Source of the DNA: Planctomycetota bacterium
Lineage (GTDB): Bacteria; Planctomycetota; Planctomycetia; Pirellulales; UBA7805
Direction: 5' to 3'
DNA: 32,000 nt
Assembly: GCA_021413705.1 (NCBI GenBank)
Contig: JAIOPX010000146.1
Span: 49,479-81,478, forward strand
In this document: positions 9,208-17,894 of the stretch, piece by piece
How positions within the stretch are numbered: the first letter of the stretch is position 1
Layout: every line of letters starts with the position of its first letter
Program-made: the position numbers and the translations under genes
Notes under the pieces: model-generated
What the model was told of the DNA's origin: nothing
Database searches by the model: none
Seen by the model: only the letters and a program-made list of their open reading frames with translations

Positions 9208-9723
9208 ATGCCAGAAATGCCATCACTATCAACTCCATCCGAGAAGAGCTTGGTCGATTTTGCTATTCTGGCACCCGTGCCTGAAGAACACCTGCTTGAC
9301 GGTGAGCCGGTAGCGGACGCTGAAGGGTTTGTCGCCTTCGGCTCCCGAAAATGGGAACTCTTTCGCGCGGTGGACAAACTACGCGAGGGCGATCCTGTCC
9401 CTGTACTCATCTACCCGTCTCACGAGCATGAGGCCGGCAAACTGACATTCAAGATCATGTGGAGCGGGTGGTATATCGGGAGCGTGGAGAGCCATGATGG
9501 ATCTCACCCTGCCGGCATGAAGCATCGCCCGCCATCGACCGAGCAATATGCACAGGACAACCTGGGGCTGTGGGCCGTCTTCTGGCACGTCGCAGGACTT
9601 AAACCTCTGCCGGAGGCAGAACATCGGCTCATTTCGTCGCTGCGAAGTTACAAAACAGGCCACTGGCGAGTGGGACAAGCGCCGAAGGGGCCGGAAATCG
9701 TGGCCAGACCTAGTTGGATCTGA
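9208..9723 (+). CDS. Hypothetical 171-aa protein (no recognisable family), immediately upstream of the GmrSD-like gene
   Basis: ORF with a good ribosome-binding site and ATG, on the same strand and packed between two other cargo genes (98-nt and 68-nt spacers). The sequence (…LIYPSHEHEAGKLTFKIMWSGWYIGSVE…FWHVAGLKPLPEAEHRLISSL…) has a mixed, globular-looking residue composition. I recognise no motif. Confidence 0.6.
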   Translation: MPEMPSLSTPSEKSLVDFAILAPVPEEHLLDGEPVADAEGFVAFGSRKWELFRAVDKLREGDPVPVLIYPSHEHEAGKLTFKIMWSGWYIGSVESHDGSHPAGMKHRPPSTEQYAQDNLGLWAVFWHVAGLKPLPEAEHRLISSLRSYKTGHWRVGQAPKGPEIVARPSWI

Positions 9724-9791
9724 AACGAAAGTGCGGCGACATAAGATTACGCCTTTTCAATTTTTGACCCGGTACCTGCCATGAGCCACAC

Positions 9792-11480
9792 ATGAAGAAC
9801 CAAAAACAGACCATACGCAAGATCGTCGGATTTCTGAACAACCCTGACGAAGACGGCGGCTTTTGGCTGCCCAACATCCAGCGTCCCTTTGTGTGGACGG
9901 AAGAGCAGATTTGCCGGCTGTTTGACTCGATTCTGCGTGAGTATCCGATCAGCACGCTGTTGGTTTGGAAAACAACGAGCAAGATTCGGCGGCGGAAGTT
10001 CATCGACAACTGGAAGCATTCACTTCGCCTCAGCGATTTCTACGCCACGGAGGATGAGCAAAAGAAGTGCTTGGTGCTTGATGGTCAGCAGCGTCTGCAA
10101 AGCCTTTTCATCGGCCTTAAGGGCAGTTTTGAGGGACGCGAATTGCATTTGGACATACTTAGCGGGGACGTTGCGGCTCCAGACGACATCAAGTACCGAT
10201 TCAAGTTCCTGGAGGCCGCCAAGGCAAAGTTCCCCTGGATTCGCTTTCGCGATCTGATGTTTACAACGAAAAAGCAGCGGCAGCTCAGCGCCGAGATCGG
10301 GGAGAATGCCGGCCGCGAGTTGGGCGAAGAAGAAGCAGACAAGATTGGTGACCACCTGAACTTGATAGACCGCACATTCAAGATGGATGAAGCCGTCGTC
10401 TACCAGGAACTCGACAGCATTGATAATCCCAAGCTCTACACCGAAGACGATGTTGTGGAAATCTTTATCCGTGCCAATTCTGGCGGCACGATTCTCGGTA
10501 AATCCGACCTCCTGTTCTCATTGCTCAGTGTGAAGTGGAACTTTGCAAACGAAAAGATGGAAGAATTGCTGGAGTCGCTAAACAGGCATGGGTTCGCATT
10601 CGACCGCGATTTCGTTCTCAAGACATGCCTCGTTGTATTTGGACAGGGAGCTCGCTACGAGGTCGATAAGTTCCGCAAGGCGGGGGTGCGAGAGGACATC
10701 GAGGGGAACTGGGACCGCGTTTCTGAATCAATCCAAGACGTGCTGGACTACCTGCGCGAAAAAACATTCATTCGATGTGATCGCGCAATTCCTTCCTACT
10801 TGGTCCTAATACCTCTCGTCTACCTGCGGTATCACTACAAAGAGGCTTGGCGAGCGGCACAGAAAGTGGATGACTATGTCGTGCGCTGTCTCCTGACCGG
10901 AGCATTCGGTGGCCAGCCGGACAATCTTATCGACGCCCTCACGAAGACGATTGCTGAATCAAGTCATTTCGACGTCAAAGCGGCCTTTGCTGCCATACGT
11001 TCCCAACAACGCTCTTTGGAGCTTACAGAGGACCGATTCTGGCAAATGGGATATGGCTCAAAGACTATCCATCTGCTTTTCAATCTTTGGTACCGTGACT
11101 TCAATCAGACACCCGCCTATGACAATAACATGCCACAGATTGATCATATATTTCCGCAGAGCGCCCTTAAGAAATTGAAGGTGATAAATCCCGAAACGGG
11201 GCGGTCGGTGATGAAATACACCAGCGACGTTCGCGATCAGCTTGCAAACTGCATGCTGCTCAGCCGCGAAGAGAACGGCTCCGGCGGAAAGTGGGCCACT
11301 CTGCCCAAGGAATGGTTTTCCAGCAAAGATTCGGACTACCTCCGTAAGCACTTGATTCCTGCGGACCCTAAATTGTGGGAAATGGATCAATTCGAGGAGT
11401 TCATTGAGGAACGAAAAAAGTTGATTGCTGACCGTTTTAAGTGGCTGTTGGCGACCTCTGCTGTTACGAGTCCCGATTGA
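9792..11480 (+). CDS. GmrSD/BrxU-like type IV (modification-dependent) restriction endonuclease, DUF262 + DUF1524
   Basis: The N-terminal DUF262/ParB-like signature is WLPNIQRPFVWTEEQICRLFDSILREYPISTLLVW, plus the LVLDGQQRLQSLF (DGQQR) motif. The C-terminal DUF1524 His-Me finger signature is IDHIFPQS … LANCMLLSREENGSGGK. 562 aa. Confidence 0.85.
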   Translation: MKNQKQTIRKIVGFLNNPDEDGGFWLPNIQRPFVWTEEQICRLFDSILREYPISTLLVWKTTSKIRRRKFIDNWKHSLRLSDFYATEDEQKKCLVLDGQQRLQSLFIGLKGSFEGRELHLDILSGDVAAPDDIKYRFKFLEAAKAKFPWIRFRDLMFTTKKQRQLSAEIGENAGRELGEEEADKIGDHLNLIDRTFKMDEAVVYQELDSIDNPKLYTEDDVVEIFIRANSGGTILGKSDLLFSLLSVKWNFANEKMEELLESLNRHGFAFDRDFVLKTCLVVFGQGARYEVDKFRKAGVREDIEGNWDRVSESIQDVLDYLREKTFIRCDRAIPSYLVLIPLVYLRYHYKEAWRAAQKVDDYVVRCLLTGAFGGQPDNLIDALTKTIAESSHFDVKAAFAAIRSQQRSLELTEDRFWQMGYGSKTIHLLFNLWYRDFNQTPAYDNNMPQIDHIFPQSALKKLKVINPETGRSVMKYTSDVRDQLANCMLLSREENGSGGKWATLPKEWFSSKDSDYLRKHLIPADPKLWEMDQFEEFIEERKKLIADRFKWLLATSAVTSPD

Positions 11481-11509
11481 ATACGAAGTAGGCGGATTGA
11501 GCACGAGCT

Positions 11510-14500
11510 ATGACCCTCATAAAAGACCTCATTGAAATCCCTGACCACGTTCAGAAGGGGGACTTCGTCCTCCACTTGGCGGAGGACATTGGCCGGCCTG
11601 AAGTGGTCTTGAAAAACTACGTGGTTACGCCCGAACTGAAGGTGTGCTACGACGACGCGTTGGCGTTTGTCCGCAGCGCTGTCCAAGGAAACACCAGCAA
11701 GGCCGCGTACCTGCACGGTAGTTTCGGCAGCGGCAAAAGCCATTTCATGGCCGTGCTGCACCTGATTCTGCAAGGCAATGCCGCCGCCCGCGGCATTCCC
11801 GAGCTGGCGCCCGTCATCCAGAAGCACAATGACTGGATTGCCGGCAAGAAGTTCCTGCTCGTGCCGTACCACATGATCGGCGCCCACGACATGGAGTCGG
11901 GCATCCTGGGGGGCTATGTCGAGTACATTCGCCGTGTGCATCCCGAGGCGCCCATTCCCGGCGTCTATCTGGCCGAGGGGCTGTTTCGCGATGCCCAGTC
12001 GTTGCGGGCGACGCTGGGTGACGCAAAGTTCTTTGAGAAACTCAACGAAGGGGGTGGCAGCGGCGGTGGCTGGGGGGCACTTGCGGCCAATTGGGACGCC
12101 GCCCGATTCGATACCGCGGTCGAGGCACCTCCGGGCGCGGAGGAGCGGTCGCAGCTCATCAGCACTCTGATAGCCAAGTTCTTTGGCTCCTACGACACGC
12201 AGGCTGGCGGCAGGGGTGAAGCGTTCATTTCTCTCGACAAAGGACTGTCTGTCATCAGTCAACACGCGGCCAGCCTGGGGTATCACGCGCTCATTCTGTT
12301 CCTGGACGAGCTGGTCCTGTGGCTGGCCAGCCATGCCGCCGATCTGAAGTTCGTTCATCAGGAAGGGCAGAAGCTGGCCAAGCTGGTCGAGGCCCAGACG
12401 CCTGACCGTCCGGTGCCCGTGGTGAGCTTCGTGGCCCGACAGCGGGATTTGCGGGAGCTGATCGGCGATGCCGTGCCGGGTGCAGATCGACTGAACTTTG
12501 GCGATGCGTTGAAACATTGGGAGGGGCGGTTCCACAAGATTACGCTAGAGGATCGGAATCTGCCGCTGATCGCAGAAAAGCGGGTCTTGAAGTGCAAGAG
12601 TGAATCCGCGCGCCAGGAACTCGATGCGGCCTTCGAGCAGACTATCAAGATGCGCGACTCGGCCATGAACGTGTTGCTGACGGCCGAGGGAGACCGGCAG
12701 ATGTTCCGCCGCGTCTACCCGTTCAGTCCAGCGCTCGTGCAGACTCTGATCGCAGTCTCCAGCGTCTTGCAGCGGGAACGGACGGCGCTGAAGGTCATGA
12801 TGCAATTGCTCGTTGAGCAGCGGGAAACGCTCAAGGTAGGAGACATTGTCCCGATCGGCGACCTGTTCGACACGATCGCCCACGGTGACGAAGCATTCAG
12901 CCAGGAGATGGCCCTCCACTTCGACAACGCCAAGCGGCTGTATCACCAGAAGCTGCTGCCGCTGCTGGAACGGCAGCACGGGATCCGCCGTGAAGACGTC
13001 GAACAGCTTCCTTACGAGGATCCGAAGCGAATTGCCTTCCGCAATGACGACCGGCTCATCAAGACGTTGCTCTTAGGCGCCCTCGTGCCCGAAGTGGAAT
13101 CGCTCCGCTCCCTCAACGCCGAACGGCTGGCAGCGCTGAATCACGGCACGATCCGCACCCCGATCGCCGGCCGAGAGGGGCAAGAAGTATTGCGCCGTTG
13201 CCGGGCTTGGGCTGCCAGCGTGGGCGAGATCCGCATCGGTGAAGAGACCAACCCGACCATTTCGGTTCAACTTTCGGGCGTCGATACCGAAGGGATCATT
13301 GCCCAGGCCAGCCGCGAAGACAATCAGGGAAACCGGATTCGTCGGGTGCGACAGATCCTGTTCGAGCAGGTGGGGATCGAGGGTGAAGGCGAGTTTGAGC
13401 AGTACCACGAGTTTCTGTGGCGAAATACCAAGCGAAGTTGTGTTGTGCTGTTCAAGAACATCCGTGAGTTGCCAGACGCTTCACTGGAGAGCAATGAAGA
13501 CGCCTGGAAGCTGATCATCGACTTTCCCTTTGACGAGCCGGGGCACGGCCCCATGGACGACCTCAGCCGGTTACAGAAGTTCCGGCAGACCCAACCCCAA
13601 GGAGCCAAGACAGTCTGCTGGGTGCCTGCGTTTCTCAGCAATGAGGCGCAGAAGGATTTGGGGATGCTCGTCATCCTGGAGCACATTTTGTCGGGCGAGC
13701 GATTCACCCAGTATTCCAACCATCTCTCACCCCAGGACCGGCAGTCGGCCAAGTCGGTGCTGGAAAATCAGCGGAGCGTGTTGCGGGAGCGGGTCAAAAG
13801 CCACCTGGACGCGGCCTACGGCCTGGAGGCCATCACGCCGGGGGCACTCGACACGACGCACGAGTTGGAACTGGCTGAGCGATACGTTTCGTTGTTTTCG
13901 GGGTTTGATCCGCAACCACCGGTGGCCGCCAATCTGGGTCAGGCGATGCAGCACCTGATTGGTCAGGCACTGATCCACGAGTTTCCGGCAGCGCCAAACT
14001 TTGAGACGGAGATCAAGTCGGGGAATCTCAAAAAGGTTTATGAACAGGTCGCGCTGGCCACCCAAGCGCCCGATGGCCGAGTCGAAGTGGACAAGACCTT
14101 ACGTCCTCTGTTGCGGCAGATCGCGAATCCGTTGCTCGTGGGGGAGATGCGACTGGACGCCACCCATTTTGTGCTGGGGCGGCACTGGCGAAGCCATTTT
14201 GGTCGCAAGGCTGCCGAGACGGGTAGCCCGATGACGGTTGAAAACCTTCGCAAGTGGATTGACGATCCGCGGCCCATGGGATTGCCGAAGGAGGCCCAAA
14301 ACCTGGTGCTGCTCGTCTTCGCGGCCCAGACGAACCGGACATTTTATCTGCACGGCGTTCACTACGACGAGCCGACGCTGGCTAACATTCCCGATAAGTG
14401 TGAGCTACGCGAACAGAAGCTGCCGGACGCAGGAACGTGGGAGAAGGCCGTCCAGCGGGCCGGTAGCATTTTTGGAGTGGCCGTCTCCCGACTGCTCAAC

Positions 14501-15208
14501 GCCAGCAATGTCGGCCTCCTCTCCGCCGGTGTCAAGGCGAAGGCGGGCGAAGTACGCCGGCCGTGCCAGAGATACGTCCAGCGCCTGCGCGAGCGTCTGA
14601 CACGGATCGGGGTGGTGCCGGAAGAGGCCGACCGGATGTTGACCGCTTCGACGACCCAGGGGCTTGTCGAGCGCATTTGCGGCGACGAGGCGATTGATTT
14701 GGTGAACCTGCTGGCCACCGCTAACGTGGCAACCAGCGAGGCGGCTATGGGGGAGTGCGTCGGTAAGGCGGCCGAGTTGGAAGGGAATCTGGACACGGGC
14801 GGCTGGGAGATTTTCGAGGCCGTGGGGGCACTGACGGACGATCGTCAAGCAGAGGCCAGGGAGGTGGTTGTCGCGGTGCGCGACGCACTGCGAAGCGACG
14901 AGCACGTCATGCAGCTCGCGCCAGCACTGCGAGGCGCCCAGGCCAAGGCAGTGCGGTTACTCTCTAAGCCGACGCAAGCTCAGCCGCCGACTGGTCCAGC
15001 ACCGGTTGTGCCTCCCGCCGGTCCAACCATAGTGGCTCCCGTCGTCCCGGACAACACGCGCAAAATCGTAAGCCAGGGAGCGGAACAGGGTTTAGAGTTG
15101 CCGGCTGCCAAGGAATTGCTCGCCAAACTGGATCGGGATAAGCGCGCTGGGCAGGCCGTGCGCGTCAATCTCAGTTGGATCATTGAAGAAGGGGGCAAGT
15201 CAACGTGA
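11510..15208 (+). CDS. pglY: PglY (BrxC/PglY family) large P-loop ATPase of BREX
   Basis: 1232-aa ORF. Walker A is LHGSFGSGKSHF near the N-terminus and a Walker B-like motif is LILFLDELVLWL. Size and position between pglX and pglZ fit PglY. Its stop overlaps the pglZ start. Confidence 0.85.
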   Translation: MTLIKDLIEIPDHVQKGDFVLHLAEDIGRPEVVLKNYVVTPELKVCYDDALAFVRSAVQGNTSKAAYLHGSFGSGKSHFMAVLHLILQGNAAARGIPELAPVIQKHNDWIAGKKFLLVPYHMIGAHDMESGILGGYVEYIRRVHPEAPIPGVYLAEGLFRDAQSLRATLGDAKFFEKLNEGGGSGGGWGALAANWDAARFDTAVEAPPGAEERSQLISTLIAKFFGSYDTQAGGRGEAFISLDKGLSVISQHAASLGYHALILFLDELVLWLASHAADLKFVHQEGQKLAKLVEAQTPDRPVPVVSFVARQRDLRELIGDAVPGADRLNFGDALKHWEGRFHKITLEDRNLPLIAEKRVLKCKSESARQELDAAFEQTIKMRDSAMNVLLTAEGDRQMFRRVYPFSPALVQTLIAVSSVLQRERTALKVMMQLLVEQRETLKVGDIVPIGDLFDTIAHGDEAFSQEMALHFDNAKRLYHQKLLPLLERQHGIRREDVEQLPYEDPKRIAFRNDDRLIKTLLLGALVPEVESLRSLNAERLAALNHGTIRTPIAGREGQEVLRRCRAWAASVGEIRIGEETNPTISVQLSGVDTEGIIAQASREDNQGNRIRRVRQILFEQVGIEGEGEFEQYHEFLWRNTKRSCVVLFKNIRELPDASLESNEDAWKLIIDFPFDEPGHGPMDDLSRLQKFRQTQPQGAKTVCWVPAFLSNEAQKDLGMLVILEHILSGERFTQYSNHLSPQDRQSAKSVLENQRSVLRERVKSHLDAAYGLEAITPGALDTTHELELAERYVSLFSGFDPQPPVAANLGQAMQHLIGQALIHEFPAAPNFETEIKSGNLKKVYEQVALATQAPDGRVEVDKTLRPLLRQIANPLLVGEMRLDATHFVLGRHWRSHFGRKAAETGSPMTVENLRKWIDDPRPMGLPKEAQNLVLLVFAAQTNRTFYLHGVHYDEPTLANIPDKCELREQKLPDAGTWEKAVQRAGSIFGVAVSRLLNASNVGLLSAGVKAKAGEVRRPCQRYVQRLRERLTRIGVVPEEADRMLTASTTQGLVERICGDEAIDLVNLLATANVATSEAAMGECVGKAAELEGNLDTGGWEIFEAVGALTDDRQAEAREVVVAVRDALRSDEHVMQLAPALRGAQAKAVRLLSKPTQAQPPTGPAPVVPPAGPTIVAPVVPDNTRKIVSQGAEQGLELPAAKELLAKLDRDKRAGQAVRVNLSWIIEEGGKST

Positions 15209-17886
15209 CGATTGCGGCACCCACATTCAGCCAAATCAAAGCGCAAGTGGCAGCGATTCGTCAGAAAGTTCCCAATGCGCGCGTGATTGGCATTCACGCG
15301 CCGGGACGCTGGTCGGGTGAAAAGCTCAAACGGGATGGGGATGAGTCCTATCTGATCCAGCAATGTGACTCGCCGCTGGCGATGCGCCTCGCGCTCCGCG
15401 AGCCGGCGGAACCGGACGCCACGCGGGTACTGATTACCAGTTTGGACAACGATCAACTGAGTGACGACATCCGGCTTCGGCTGAGCAAGCGGAAACTGTT
15501 CCCGATCGACAGTTGGCAGATCGTGCGGTCGCTATTTCAGGCGCGGACTGTGGATCCGCGCTTGAGTCGGCCAAGCTGGAGCTGGATTGCCGATGCCCTG
15601 TTGGAGTTATTTCCCGCCGGGGGCTATCCGCCGGCCCGGGGTGGGTTTCTGGATGCCGAGACAGTCTGGCCGCTGTTGTTGGGGCGCGTGATGGGACTTT
15701 CCGCGGACAATCCCGATCTGGCATCGGTGTTGAGATGGTCGATCGACGCCGACGCGGTGGGGCGCTTTCGGCACGCTAGCGACGCCTTTCGCGCGGGGGC
15801 GATCGAATGGCTCTCCGAACGCACAGGCCCCGTGGCCGGGACGATCCTGCGGTGTGTGCAGCGGTTGGAGCGTCCCGATGCGCTGGCCTTGGGGTTGGCC
15901 GCGGGAGTTGTCTTTCACCCCATGGCGGCAGGTCGTCTGGAAAAGGCGGCCGGCAAACTGGAAGAAAGATTCTTGGGGGGTGAAAATCACGAGCCGGCCA
16001 TGATGGGCCGCTGGGCTGCCACGGCGACCGAAGTCGTACGGCTGCAACTGACGGACCCGAAGTTGCGACAGCAGCAAGTGCAGCGGGCCGATGAAATCCT
16101 GAGCGAACTTCAGGGCGAGGCGTTTGCCTACCTGAGCGACACGTCCCCGCTCGGCTTCGACCAACGGCTGGCACAATTCGGACAGCGGCTGTCGGAAACA
16201 CTTCAAGCCAAGTCCTATGGCTCGCTGGACGGGCTCCAGGAAGCCCGTGAGACGATCCGACGTCACGATAAGGCGGGAAGGGAAGCTCGACGGCTGGAAC
16301 GCGTGGACATGACACTGCGGCTGGTCTCTTGGCTCGCAAGCCGCCAAACTGCGTCGCCGCCCCCGTCGCTCGCTACCGACGCGGCAGATCACCTGCGTGA
16401 TGGCGGGTATGTCGATTGGGCACGGCTGGCGCTGCGGGCGGGGGACGCTGTGCCAGAACTTTCCCAGGGCTATGCTCGGCTGTTTGACGAGGTAACCAGC
16501 ATTCGGGAGCAGCAGGCGGCGCATTTTGGCCGACTGCTACGAGAATGGACCGCGGCCGGCTCGACAGGGGACGACGTCATCCCCATGGAGCGGATTCTGG
16601 AACAGGTGGTGGCGCCACTGGCTGCCAAGACTCCCGTGCTCTTGATCGTGATTGACGGGATGAGCGTCGCGGTCTGCCGCGAACTATTGGCCGATGCAAC
16701 GCGCGAAGAGTGGATCGCACTGACTGAGCCAGGGCGGCCGTTTAACCGGCCGGGTATCGCCACAATCCCATCCGTGACGGAAATGTCTCGCACGAGTCTG
16801 ATGTGCGGTCAGCTACGCAGGGGATCGTCCAGCGACGAAAAGATTGGGTTCGCCGAGCATCCCACGCTCCTGGAACAGTGCCGCAACGGTTATCCGCCGG
16901 TATTGTTCCACAAGGCATCACTTACAGAGTTCGATGATGCCAGTCTAGCGGCCGAAGTGCGACATGAGATCGGTTCCACGCATCGCAAGATTGTGGGCAT
17001 CGTGGTCAACGCGGTGGATGACCACCTGCTGAAGGGGGAACAGATCGACACCCGGTGGTCGCGTGACGAGATTAAGGTACTGCCCGCACTGTTGCATGAG
17101 GCCCGCCTGGCTCGGCGGGTCGTCGTGCTGGTGAGTGACCATGGTCACGTCCTGGATTGTCAGACCATCGGACGGATCTATGACGGTGGTGAGCGCTGGC
17201 GTCCTGACAACGGACAGTGCGAATCCAACGAATTGCAAGTTCAAGGGAGCCGCGTACTCACCGATGGTCAACGGCTGATTGCCCCGTGGACCGAAAAGCT
17301 GCGCTATGGCATCAAAAAGAACGGCTATCACGGGGGCCTGACGCCGCAAGAAATGGTCGTGCCGATTGTCGTCCTCAGTAGCTCCCAGTCGTTTCCCGCG
17401 GGTTGGACCGAAGCGTCGGTCGACAGCCCGGACTGGTGGGACGCACCGCTGCGCGTGACAAAGTCAATTGAGCCGACCACGCCCAAACTCAAACCTGCCA
17501 CGCTGTTCGATCTTATCGACCAGCAGGAAGAGCAAGCCCCTGCGGAACCGCCTCAGCCGTCGACCGACGACGCGGCGCCCCCATGGGTCTCGCGACTCGT
17601 GTCGGCGCCCGTCTTCGCTGCCCAGAAGCAACTCGGCGGCCGGGCAGTACCGGCAGACGAGGTCTTCACCCGACTTCTTTCCTTGCTTGATCGCCGTGGC
17701 GGCAAGATGACGTCGGTGGCACTAGCCCGGGCGCTGGACTACCCGCCCTTGCGACTGCGAGGGTTGCTGGCTGTGGCCCAGCGCGTTCTGAACGTCGATG
17801 GCTATGCGGTTATTAGCCGGGATGAAGCGTCGGATACCGTGGAATTGAATCGAGACTTGTTACTGGTCCAGTTCGATCTTGTTTGA
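15205..17886 (+). CDS. pglZ: PglZ, alkaline-phosphatase-superfamily BREX protein
   Basis: The GTG start overlaps the pglY TGA (GTGA, 15205-15208). PglZ / alkaline-phosphatase metal-site motifs are VLLIVIDGMSVAV, VVVLVSDHGHVLD and GYHGGLTPQEMVVP. The C-terminal roughly 90 aa looks like a winged helix (KMTSVALARALDYPPLRLRGLLAVAQRVLNVDGYAVI). Confidence 0.9.
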   Translation: MTIAAPTFSQIKAQVAAIRQKVPNARVIGIHAPGRWSGEKLKRDGDESYLIQQCDSPLAMRLALREPAEPDATRVLITSLDNDQLSDDIRLRLSKRKLFPIDSWQIVRSLFQARTVDPRLSRPSWSWIADALLELFPAGGYPPARGGFLDAETVWPLLLGRVMGLSADNPDLASVLRWSIDADAVGRFRHASDAFRAGAIEWLSERTGPVAGTILRCVQRLERPDALALGLAAGVVFHPMAAGRLEKAAGKLEERFLGGENHEPAMMGRWAATATEVVRLQLTDPKLRQQQVQRADEILSELQGEAFAYLSDTSPLGFDQRLAQFGQRLSETLQAKSYGSLDGLQEARETIRRHDKAGREARRLERVDMTLRLVSWLASRQTASPPPSLATDAADHLRDGGYVDWARLALRAGDAVPELSQGYARLFDEVTSIREQQAAHFGRLLREWTAAGSTGDDVIPMERILEQVVAPLAAKTPVLLIVIDGMSVAVCRELLADATREEWIALTEPGRPFNRPGIATIPSVTEMSRTSLMCGQLRRGSSSDEKIGFAEHPTLLEQCRNGYPPVLFHKASLTEFDDASLAAEVRHEIGSTHRKIVGIVVNAVDDHLLKGEQIDTRWSRDEIKVLPALLHEARLARRVVVLVSDHGHVLDCQTIGRIYDGGERWRPDNGQCESNELQVQGSRVLTDGQRLIAPWTEKLRYGIKKNGYHGGLTPQEMVVPIVVLSSSQSFPAGWTEASVDSPDWWDAPLRVTKSIEPTTPKLKPATLFDLIDQQEEQAPAEPPQPSTDDAAPPWVSRLVSAPVFAAQKQLGGRAVPADEVFTRLLSLLDRRGGKMTSVALARALDYPPLRLRGLLAVAQRVLNVDGYAVISRDEASDTVELNRDLLLVQFDLV

Positions 17887-17894
17887 GTCGCACC

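Noticed and set aside
11387-12535. 382-aa minus-strand ORF antisense to pglY. Similar long antisense or alternate-frame ORFs occur at 4312-4914, 4824-5648, 15607-16524, 15776-16339, 1657-2286, 2782-3357 and 20794-21294.
   Set aside because: All lie entirely inside motif-bearing genes, have Arg/Pro/Gly/Ala-rich low-complexity translations and carry no recognisable motifs. They are typical shadow ORFs of G+C-rich coding DNA.
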